From: Candidatus Cloacimonadales bacterium
GTDB lineage: Bacteria; Cloacimonadota; Cloacimonadia; Cloacimonadales; JAFGVF01
Direction: 5' to 3'
Assembly: GCA_963667035.1 (NCBI GenBank)
Contig: OY762964.1
Location: forward strand, 1,568,001 to 1,632,000
Length of the DNA: 64,000 bases
A program made the position numbers and the translations under genes. Position 1 is the first letter of the stretch, and each line of letters starts with the position of its first letter. This document shows positions 8,957-18,202 of this stretch, in pieces. The notes under the pieces were generated by a model. It did no database searches and had not been told where the DNA came from. It saw only the letters and a program-made list of their open reading frames with translations.

Positions 8957-9964
8957 CTAAAAATCATATGGATGTTGTCTTTGAGTCTTGCTTATTAATC
9001 TTGTGCTGTTTTTATTAAACGAGACCTTTCCCGATTGACGATCAAATTTTACATAATCACCTGTCTGTATAAAATACATTAGAGGATATGCTTCGGAATC
9101 ACATAGACAAATGTTTTCTTTGGATGGGTCTAACACTAAGTCGTTATAATATCTCTGAGTGGATTCAATAAACAATACCTGAGAATCAAAGCTATTCATG
9201 TCTATTTGCAAAAGAGTGCGTGAAGCCTGTAGAAGATATATAGAATTATCATAGTCTGTTATCATATCAACAAGCGAGCTATCGTTATAAACAAGGCTAT
9301 CAATACCAGTAATTATATCATAACAGTATAAACCATCTGGTTTGACATCTGGAGTGCTTGAAATCAAATAAAAAACTTTATCTGAAACAATACATTTATC
9401 ACTAATATTAATGTAATTGTCATTCTCTTCCCTTATTAGCTCTGTTTCGGTATTATTGGTCAAATCATATATAAGCAGAGCCCCAGAACGAACCTCCTGA
9501 TTATAAATAGATCTACTATAAACTAACTTCGTATTATCAGCAGAAATTGAAGCATCATGCTCTCTGATATCAGGGGTATTAGTAATCTGTATTAGATTCG
9601 ATCCGTCAACATTGGCAATGTAGATATCCAGATTATATTCCATCAACATTTTTGTTCTGTCCTGACTTATTTCAACAATGTTTCCCATATCTGTAAGGAT
9701 ATTATCCCCAAAAGTTTCATCATCATTCAAATATGATACTGATATGTAGTTATCAATAATAACCTTTTCTTCTCCCGGATTGTCCAAATCTGCAACATAA
9801 AAAGGAGGACCACCACCCTTAGCTAAGTATTCAATCTCACTTCCATCAATATTCATAGTAGCAGTCCATTCTTCGGACCAGTACTTACCCTCATCTGAAT
9901 AATCAAAACAGGAGGTCAAAAGAAGTAATAGCAATAGAATCGCTATTGATTTTATAAATCGCAT
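8957..9964 (-). CDS. L1: TolB-like beta-propeller lipoprotein variant
   Basis: Lipobox LLTSC; paralog. Confidence 0.8.
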   Translation of the reverse strand: MRFIKSIAILLLLLLLTSCFDYSDEGKYWSEEWTATMNIDGSEIEYLAKGGGPPFYVADLDNPGEEKVIIDNYISVSYLNDDETFGDNILTDMGNIVEISQDRTKMLMEYNLDIYIANVDGSNLIQITNTPDIREHDASISADNTKLVYSRSIYNQEVRSGALLIYDLTNNTETELIREENDNYINISDKCIVSDKVFYLISSTPDVKPDGLYCYDIITGIDSLVYNDSSLVDMITDYDNSIYLLQASRTLLQIDMNSFDSQVLFIESTQRYYNDLVLDPSKENICLCDSEAYPLMYFIQTGDYVKFDRQSGKVSFNKNSTRLISKTQRQHPYDF

Positions 9965-9966
9965 AA

Positions 9967-10188
9967 TTAATTTCCTTTTATGAATTCTACTAATTCAAGG
10001 ACGCTACTCTTCACAAAGCCTTTGTTTTGTTGATTTAAGGTTTCAAGCGAATTCAACATTCCCAATGTAACTCCCACAAATGGAATTAATTTAGGGATGC
10101 TCTCCGAAAAATACAAAGAGGCTTCTTCCTCAATTTGCTCAAGTTGGTCCTGAGCTAATTTTTGCTTATACATTTCAGGTATATCCAT
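9967..10188 (-). pseudogene. 5'-truncated copy of gene A (last 73 codons only)
   Basis: MDIPEMYKQKLAQDQLEQIE... matches the C-terminus of 2421-3164; signal peptide and N-terminal about 174 codons are missing. Confidence 0.8.
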
Positions 10189-10202
10189 GATTAAGCAAAA
10201 TA

Positions 10203-10495
10203 CTTATTTTGAATTTGAGACACAAATACAACATATAGTATGATTATTTTGCCTTCCCATACCTACAGTAAATCAACTTTTGTCTTTCTTTCCTAGAATT
10301 GTGTAGCAATGTTAGTAATGATAAATTACAAGGCAAGTATTTATTCATTTTTTCTTGCATCGCTTCATAGGACTATTTAGAGAATTCGCTTATCTTTCGC
10401 CTCTTTAAGGTTTAATCATATTTAGGGATACACACCCCATGCGACAAGTGCACGGGGCTATTAAACGGTAGCTCCTTCAGAGTAAAATTGAAAAA
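10203..10495. repeat. Operon upstream/promoter region, copy 1
   Basis: Direct repeat of 3252-3545. Confidence 0.9.
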
Positions 10496-10516
10496 GGGAA
10501 GCAAAATACTTCCCTT
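10491..10516 (-). terminator. Intrinsic terminator after pyrF
   Basis: AAGGGAAG-caaaata-CTTCCCTT hairpin with a T-run on the minus strand. Confidence 0.7.
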
Positions 10517-10537
10517 CTCTTATATATTGGATTAATA

Positions 10538-11337
10538 CTATCGAATATGTGAGTTGATCTCTTTTCTCAGCTTATCAGCTTCCTGACCTGCAACTTCGGC
10601 AAATCTCTCCGATTTATCTTTGAAGATAATACCTCTGGATGAGTTAATTAAGATGCGCAAGTCGCCAGGATTAGCTCCTGCGTGTTTAACAACTGCTTCT
10701 ACACTTCCACCTTGAGCTCCGATACCCGGAACGAGGAATAGTGTATTAGGCATTATTGCTCTGAGGTCAGATAACTCTTCAGTATTTGTACCGCCGACAA
10801 CCGCACCTGCTTGTTCCATTGGAAGCTCAGCCAGTTTCTCGGAGATACGTTTGTATAAATCCTGAGGTTTCAGATAATCCGCTGAAGTAGGATTAGATGT
10901 TAACGCAAGTGAGAAAAAGAATTTATCCTCAAAAGCCAATAATGGCTTATAAACATCATGTCCCATGAGAGGATTACAAGTTATAGCATCAACTTTCCAA
11001 GTCTCAAAGAAAGCTTTTGCATATTGCGTCATTGTATTACCGATATCTCCGGTTTTAACATCAAGTATAACAGGGATGTTATCAGGAATATAATCTAAGG
11101 TAAGCTCAAGAGCTTCAAGTCCCATCTTACCTGCAGATAAATAAAACGCAAAGTTAGGTTTATATGCAGCGGTATAAGTTTGGGTTGCATCAATGATAGC
11201 TTTATTAAAAGCAAAGATAGGATTAGCTTCATCCATCACACAATCAGGTAACTTGGTAATATCACTATCAAGTCCTACGCATACGTAAGAATTGTTTTCT
11301 TTAATAATGTTTCTATACTTAGTCCAAAAACTCATCA

Positions 11338-11338
<1 letters not shown>
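10538..11338 (-). CDS. pyrF: Orotidine-5'-phosphate decarboxylase (subfamily 2)
   Basis: CVGLD, YKPNFAFY, DVKTGDIGNT, LVPGIGAQGG, INSSRGI. Confidence 0.95.
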
Positions 11339-11904
<566 letters not shown>

Positions 11905-12091
11905 TTAATTACTACTTCAAAGTTACGTCAAGGATAAATTGTTCTTGTTGTTTCCCATACTACTTTATGAAGTGTGTTTCCTTTTCCATTAGCATCTGCA
12001 CAACTTGGAAATTAACTCTTATAAATCTCCGGTCCTCCCGATTTTTCATTGTTTTATCGTTTTTTTCTCGTGACCAATAACCACATCCAAC

Positions 12092-12165
12092 TGGCAAGAC
12101 TCTTGCATAATCCTTGCATAAATCATGCATAATTATGTAAGAAAGTTGTAAGCATTTTGTGACAT
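12092..12165. repeat. 11-bp-phased degenerate repeat tract (TTGCA/TGTAAG cores); first units also match the sigma-54 -24/-12 consensus
   Basis: Cores at 12092, 12103, 12114, 12125, then 12135, 12146, 12157; TGGCAAGACTCTTGCA at 12092-12107. Confidence 0.5.
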
Positions 12166-12389
12166 TGATGTTCCGATTTTGTGTTTGTTAATCATGGCTA
12201 AATCAGGAGAAAAAAGCGAGAAATTCTAAAAAGTTCCGAATAGCATACACTAAAATAGCAATTCTATGCCCTCTAATTTATATGGGAGATTTAAAATAGT
12301 TGTGATTTACCAGAGTGAAAATCGCATTTCCCGGAGTTATATATAATAGAGGAAACATATATCCTCAAAAAAGTGAAATGGAGGAAATT

Positions 12390-12842
12390 ATGAAACTTAG
12401 TCTGTTACCTTTATTGACCGGTTTATCAGGTAGACTTGGTAAACTTGTCTTTTGTATCGAGAAGAGTTCCGGTGCCTGTTGGACACGCTATTATGTTTAT
12501 CCTGAATTGACTGAACATAACCACAATATCGGGAGTGTCGGTAAGAATATGAGCATTATCTATCACTCAGCGAATATCGGTTATATCGAGGACCTGAAAA
12601 ACTATGTCGATAGGTATAATCTGAGTGGCTTCGGTAGTAACGGAAGATTGAGAGCGTTTACCTGCTTCACGAAGATGCTCTATAACTTAAAGAAATCACA
12701 CGAATCCGTTAACCTTAAGACCCTGACAATTGAGCAAATCATGAACGACGACCTTCCGGTTCGCTCAATTAAAGAAGCTATTGATAATCAGTTGTTACCT
12801 GCTGTGAGTCGGTATCAGGAACTGAATGTCTTAATTGTGTGA
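12390..12842 (+). CDS. Hypothetical protein, 150 aa (GLSGRLGKLVF N-terminal motif); a decayed homolog lies at 22416-22590
   Basis: RBS GGAGG before ATG 12390; internal homology to the remnant. Confidence 0.7.
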   Translation: MKLSLLPLLTGLSGRLGKLVFCIEKSSGACWTRYYVYPELTEHNHNIGSVGKNMSIIYHSANIGYIEDLKNYVDRYNLSGFGSNGRLRAFTCFTKMLYNLKKSHESVNLKTLTIEQIMNDDLPVRSIKEAIDNQLLPAVSRYQELNVLIV

Positions 12843-12898
12843 AACCTATACAAGATATTGGAAAAGCACAGGTTCGTAACTAAGGTTGGATTCCTTTA

Positions 12899-13975
12899 AA
12901 ACCCCTACTTTGAAGTAGGGGTATATTGAATATATTTAACCTACTTCGGGGTTAATATCTATTTTGGGATTATTAACCCCGAATTACATTCGGGGCTATT
13001 CACAGGTTACCCCGTTGGGGTTAACAAAACAACACCATTTACGTTTAGAGATAATCATATTTAGCACCGTTGGGGATTAGCGAACTGCACAGAATTACAT
13101 TTGAGAAACTCATATTTAACTCCGATGGTGCTAATAAAAATACCCCGATTTACGTTTGGGGATACGTATAGGTAATCTCGTTAGTATTAGGAAAAGGCAA
13201 CCATTATCCCAACGGGATAAAATGTGAGTAGCCATGTATGAAATGCATGGTCAGTAATAACCAAGAACAACAAGCGACCCCGAAGTGGGTCGAATTGCAT
13301 TCGGGGCTACTCATAGGTTACCCCGTTGGGGTTAACAAAACAATACCATTCATGTATAGAGATAATCATATTTAGCACCATTGGGGATTAGCAAACTGAA
13401 TTGAATTACATTCGAGAGACTCATATTTAACTCCGATGGAGCTAGAATAAATACCCCGATTTACGTTTGGGGATACGTATAGGAAATCTCGTTAGTATTA
13501 GGAATAGGCAACCATTATCCCAACGGGATAAAATGTGAGTAGCCATGTATGAAATGCATGGTTAGTAATAACCAAGAACAACAAGCGACCCCGAAGTGGG
13601 TCGAATTGCATTCGGGGCTACTCATAGGTTACCCCGTTGGGGTTAACAAAACAATACCATTCATGTATAGAGATATTCATATTTAGCACCGTTGGGGATT
13701 AGCAAACTGATTTGAATTACATTTGAGAGACTCGTATTTAACTCCGATGGAGCTAGAATAAATACCCCGATTTACGTTTGGGGATACGTATAGGTAATCT
13801 CGTTAGTATTAGGAATAGGCAACCATTATCCCAACGGGATAAAATGTGAGTAGCCATGTATGAAATGCATGGTCAGTAATACCAACTCAAACAAGCGACC
13901 CCGAAGTGGGTCAAATTGCATTCGGGGTTACTCACAGGTTACCCCGTTGTAGTAAAAAACAACACCATATTAGTT
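12899..13975. repeat. REP/BIME-like palindromic cluster: about 3.2 tandem copies of a 311-bp unit
   Basis: Unit starts at 12981, 13292, 13603 and 13913; hairpins ACCCCGTTGGGGT, TATCCCAACGGGATA, CCATG..CATGG, GACCCCGAAGTGGGTC. Confidence 0.9.
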
Positions 13976-14120
13976 TGGCGATACTCAAATTTTAATACGA
14001 TGTATATAATAATAATCTTTTTCTTGCCCTTTTAAAACCGGAGTATATAAATGACAAACCCATTCGGGGTATAAAACTATAATATAGATACAAATTTAAA
14101 ATATACATACAGGAGGTCGT

Positions 14121-15563
14121 ATGGATTTCGCTTTACAAGCAATTGATCTGGCGAAACAACTTGGTGCGGAATATGCTGATATCAGAATTCAATACACTAA
14201 GTCTGAACAAATATTTCTACATAACAGGAGTATCAAGAATGTTGATAATTCCGAGTTACACGGTTATGGTATAAGATTCTTCAAAGATGGTGCATGGGGA
14301 TTTGCCAGTAATTACAAATTCAGTGCAGATGAAGTGGCAAAGACAGTGCATAGAGCTAAAGAAATAGCTGTTAATTCCGCAAGGATTAACAAAGACAGAA
14401 AGCTTGTTTTAGCTACTGAAAGAGGATATATTGACTCTTTTGAAACTCCAATAGTAAAGAATCCTTTTGAGGTTCCACTTAATGAGAAAGTAGACCTAAT
14501 GCTTGAAGTTAACAACAAGATGATGACTTATGAGCAAGTTAAAAGAGCTACATTCTGGATTAAGAGTGAATACAGCAATAAGATATTTGCTTCTACCCGT
14601 GGTTCTTACATAACATCTGAAACTTACTTAACCGAACCGACATTTTCTGCTACTGTTGTAGGTAACAACGACAGTCAATCCCGCTCTTTACGTCCCGGAG
14701 CCAGTTCTGCCGGTTGGGAGTTCATTGAGTCACTTAACTGCCTTACAGAGGCTGACAGAGTAGCAAGAGAAGCTATCATGAAACTTAATGCAGACTCACT
14801 TGACGGTGAAGCAAGAATGGATATGGTTCTTGATCATGCTAATCTAGCTTTAACTATGCATGAATCTGTGGGTCATCCTACAGAACTTGATAGAGTTCTA
14901 GGTTGGGAAGCAGACTTTGCAGGTATCTCTTTTGCAACACCGGAGAAGTTAAAGAACTATAGGTACGGAGCTAAAGAAGTTAACTTCTGTGCTAATAATA
15001 CACTTCCAAACGGGTTGGCGACAGCAGGATACGATGATGACGGTGTCCCTAATCAGAAATGGTACATTGTAAAAGACGGTATTCTTAATGAGTACGGAAC
15101 TACAATTGATACAGCCCCGATAATCGGAGAAGCAATGTCTCGTGGTTGCTCCAGAGCAACTAACTACTATGATTTTCCAATTAATAGAATTCCGAATCTT
15201 TATCTGGAACCGGGAAAAGAGAAACTCACACCTTCTCAATTGATTGCCGGTGTTGATAATGGAGTTTTCATTGAAGGACAAGGCTCATTCTCTATAGACC
15301 AACATCGCGTTAACTTCCAGTTTGGTGGTGATATGTTCTGGAAGATAGAGAACGGCAAGATAACCAAACCACTTAAAAAGATACTGTATCGTTCCAATAA
15401 CCCTGAGTTCTGGAACAGTGTAGACGGAATAGCAGATGAGAGATTCTGGAAGCCTTGGGGTGTTTCTAACTGCGGTAAAGGACAACCTTCCCAAACAGGC
15501 AGAATGACTCATGGTGCATCTCCCACAAGATTCAGAAATATCCGTGTAGGAGGTTCAAAATGA
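14121..15563 (+). CDS. tldD: TldD metalloprotease
   Basis: HESVGHPTELDR (HExxxH), YDDDGVP, CGKGQP. Confidence 0.92.
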   Translation: MDFALQAIDLAKQLGAEYADIRIQYTKSEQIFLHNRSIKNVDNSELHGYGIRFFKDGAWGFASNYKFSADEVAKTVHRAKEIAVNSARINKDRKLVLATERGYIDSFETPIVKNPFEVPLNEKVDLMLEVNNKMMTYEQVKRATFWIKSEYSNKIFASTRGSYITSETYLTEPTFSATVVGNNDSQSRSLRPGASSAGWEFIESLNCLTEADRVAREAIMKLNADSLDGEARMDMVLDHANLALTMHESVGHPTELDRVLGWEADFAGISFATPEKLKNYRYGAKEVNFCANNTLPNGLATAGYDDDGVPNQKWYIVKDGILNEYGTTIDTAPIIGEAMSRGCSRATNYYDFPINRIPNLYLEPGKEKLTPSQLIAGVDNGVFIEGQGSFSIDQHRVNFQFGGDMFWKIENGKITKPLKKILYRSNNPEFWNSVDGIADERFWKPWGVSNCGKGQPSQTGRMTHGASPTRFRNIRVGGSK

Positions 15564-16849
15564 TATTCAAAGAAAATGCAAAGATAATAAATAATGAGAT
15601 AAAAAGACTCACAGATGCAGATGATTACTTCTTCTACTTAAGTGAATCGGAAAGTATTGAAACAAGGTTTGCTCAGAATAGAATTACTCAACACATGGGT
15701 AAGGTTCATTTATATGGGAAGATTACACTCGTATATGATAACAGAGTAGGCACTGTAAGCTCTAACCTTTTCAGTCTTGAGAAACTACCTGAGTTATTGA
15801 AGCAAGCAAAAGACCTTGCTATGCTTACACAACCGGACGAGGAATACATTCCAACTCAACCATATTGTGAGATTACTCCCAGAAACAACTCTGATGAGAA
15901 TGTAATTAACCTCACGAATGAAGAAATGACGGATATTGTTGCAAAATGCATCGCTCGTGCAGAAAAAGCAAATGCTATGATTTCCGGTATGACAGAGAAA
16001 GAAGTTAACAAATCCTATATAGCAGGTAAGAACGGATTTGAAGAATACTCAGAATTTGCTTTCTTTGCTCATTCAATGACAATGAAAAGAGAAAGTGCTG
16101 AAACTAAACGAGCTATCTCGGTTAAGTTGATGAAGGAGTTTGATCTTGAAGATGAACTTAACAAGATTGAACAACAGCTTAATGACCTGACGGAGCCTGC
16201 CGATATGGACGCTAAGCCAATAGCAGTTATATTAAGACCTGCTGCTGTTGATAACTTTTTTAGTTGGTTGTTATGGATGATGGACAGAAGACAAGCAGAT
16301 GAAGGATTTACTCCTTACACCGATCAGTTTGGTCAGCAATTCTTTGGTGAGAAATTCAACCTTTATTCTACCGATAAAATTAAATCTCTATATACTCCTC
16401 TGACATCAAGCGAGATGGAGCCTTTCAAACCAATTAACTACGTTGATAAAGGTGTAATAAAAGCTATGCCTACAAGTCGTTTCTGGGCTCAACAAAACAA
16501 TCTTGAGTTCACTCCTTATCCTGGTAACTTTGTAGTTTCGGGTGGTGAAGCTTCCGAAGAAGAAATGATGAAAATGGTGCCTGAAGGACTTATCATAAAC
16601 AATTTCTGGTATTTACGAATGGTAGATGCTAAGAGAGGTGAAATTACCGGTATGACACGTGACGGTGTACTATACTTTAAAGACGGTAAAATACAACATG
16701 CAGTCAACAACTTCAGGTTCAACGAAGTAGTTCATGATGTCTCAAGACGTATCTTAGCTCTCGGGAAGAGTGAGCAAAGATCAGTGCATTCAATACTACC
16801 AACCATGTTGATTAAAGACTTTGCCTTTGTAGATAAATCTACATTTTAA
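15560..16849 (+). CDS. pmbA: TldE/PmbA family partner subunit
   Basis: TRFAQNRITQ, TGMTRDG, NFRFN; 4-bp overlap with tldD. Confidence 0.85.
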   Translation: MIFKENAKIINNEIKRLTDADDYFFYLSESESIETRFAQNRITQHMGKVHLYGKITLVYDNRVGTVSSNLFSLEKLPELLKQAKDLAMLTQPDEEYIPTQPYCEITPRNNSDENVINLTNEEMTDIVAKCIARAEKANAMISGMTEKEVNKSYIAGKNGFEEYSEFAFFAHSMTMKRESAETKRAISVKLMKEFDLEDELNKIEQQLNDLTEPADMDAKPIAVILRPAAVDNFFSWLLWMMDRRQADEGFTPYTDQFGQQFFGEKFNLYSTDKIKSLYTPLTSSEMEPFKPINYVDKGVIKAMPTSRFWAQQNNLEFTPYPGNFVVSGGEASEEEMMKMVPEGLIINNFWYLRMVDAKRGEITGMTRDGVLYFKDGKIQHAVNNFRFNEVVHDVSRRILALGKSEQRSVHSILPTMLIKDFAFVDKSTF

Positions 16850-16855
16850 TAATCG

Positions 16856-16891
16856 GGTTCCTTGTGCCAATTGGTGCAAGGAACCTTTTTT
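16856..16891 (+). terminator. Intrinsic terminator
   Basis: GGTTCCTTGTGCCA-at-TGGTGCAAGGAACC-TTTTTT. Confidence 0.8.
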
Positions 16892-16898
16892 CCCTATA

Positions 16899-18200
16899 AT
16901 GACAAAGCCTCTTCCCCTCTCCAATATTCAAGAACAAGCTTTTAAAGAGGAACTCTTATACCATATCTGGGATGGAAGGCACATTACCAATAATCTTAAA
17001 ACTGTTTCTGGTAAAAGAGTTAAACTTATCTTTACAGGACACTTCAATACAGGTAAAGGTCCGGACTTCAAGAATGCAGTATTCAAACTTAACGGTGAGT
17101 ATATGCGTGGAGACGTTGAAGTGCATGTAAATACCTATGATTGGGTGAACCATAATCATTACCTTGATAGTAATTACAATAGAGTTATTCTACACGTAGT
17201 TTACAATCATAACTCTGCCTTGTCATACAGTATTAAAGAGAACGGTGAATTACTTGAAATATTAGAGTTAAATCATGTTTTAGATAGTGAGATAGGTAAG
17301 CTACTGGAAAGATATAGCACAGATACAAGCTTGAAAGAGAAAAGTTGTAGATTCTTCAATGGAATTACTGCTGAGCAGTTGATTGTTATTTTAAAAAGAA
17401 TAGGTATTGAAAGATTCAAAGCTAAAATCAACAGATTTGATTCATTACTTCTATTCTCTAACTTTAATCAGGTTCTATATCAAGGTATTCTGGAAACATG
17501 CGGTTATTCCAAGAATAAAGTCAATATGATTACTTTAAGTGAGTTATTCACTTGGAATGAGTTAAGAGACTTTGCGAACAACAATAGTTATGAGAGTACG
17601 CTTAATGAGCTACTGACCAAGTCAGGATTAATAGAATTCATTAATCATTCCGATACTACCGAATCAAGTATAAAGTGGAACACATTCAGAATCAGGCCTG
17701 CTAATCATCCGGCAAAAAGAGTTATCCAAATATTCCCGCTTTTATATCAATCAACGGAAGAAGGCTTGATAAAAAGATTCACTTCGGACAGTATAGTTTA
17801 TGAGAAAAACTCCAACAAGTTAATAAAGCAACTAAAGCAGATACTACAAGCATCGTTTAAAGAGTATCGGTATCTCGATAAGACTTACAAGAGACCCGGG
17901 AACCAACTTATTCAAACTATACTATTCAATACTATTTTACCGATTCTAATTCTTTACTATTCAAAACTCGGATTACAAGACAAAACGGATTTGTTATGGG
18001 AAGCAGTGTTAAACTATAAGAATCTGCCAGATAATCATATAATAAACAAGATGAAGCTATTCATGACAGAGAATCAGTATAAGCATTTGGATAAAGAGAT
18101 TCTACGGCAAGGAGTGTTGAAAATATACTTTGACAACTGTGAATATTTTGCTTGTAATGCTTGCGAAAAACAAAAGGAGTCTCTCTTACTTGAGTTGTAA
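16899..18200 (+). CDS. DUF2851 family protein
   Basis: GPDF, GDVEVH, HNH..D.NYN.VILHVV, RPANHP motifs. Confidence 0.85.
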   Translation: MTKPLPLSNIQEQAFKEELLYHIWDGRHITNNLKTVSGKRVKLIFTGHFNTGKGPDFKNAVFKLNGEYMRGDVEVHVNTYDWVNHNHYLDSNYNRVILHVVYNHNSALSYSIKENGELLEILELNHVLDSEIGKLLERYSTDTSLKEKSCRFFNGITAEQLIVILKRIGIERFKAKINRFDSLLLFSNFNQVLYQGILETCGYSKNKVNMITLSELFTWNELRDFANNNSYESTLNELLTKSGLIEFINHSDTTESSIKWNTFRIRPANHPAKRVIQIFPLLYQSTEEGLIKRFTSDSIVYEKNSNKLIKQLKQILQASFKEYRYLDKTYKRPGNQLIQTILFNTILPILILYYSKLGLQDKTDLLWEAVLNYKNLPDNHIINKMKLFMTENQYKHLDKEILRQGVLKIYFDNCEYFACNACEKQKESLLLEL

Positions 18201-18202
18201 GT

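Larger units (their letters stand above)
3718..10188 (-). repeat. Tandem cassette array, about 1.3-kb period, five L cassettes
   Basis: L starts at 9964, 8663, 7352, 6049 and 4743 (spacing 1301-1311 bp), with near-identical J spacers. Confidence 0.95.

Noticed and set aside
3718..10188. Integron cassette array or invertase shufflon
   Set aside because: Spacers are coding gene fragments rather than attC palindromes; all units are in direct orientation; no integrase or invertase is present
12899..13975. CRISPR array
   Set aside because: Whole 311-bp units repeat, including the would-be spacers; there are no unique spacers between identical short repeats and no cas genes
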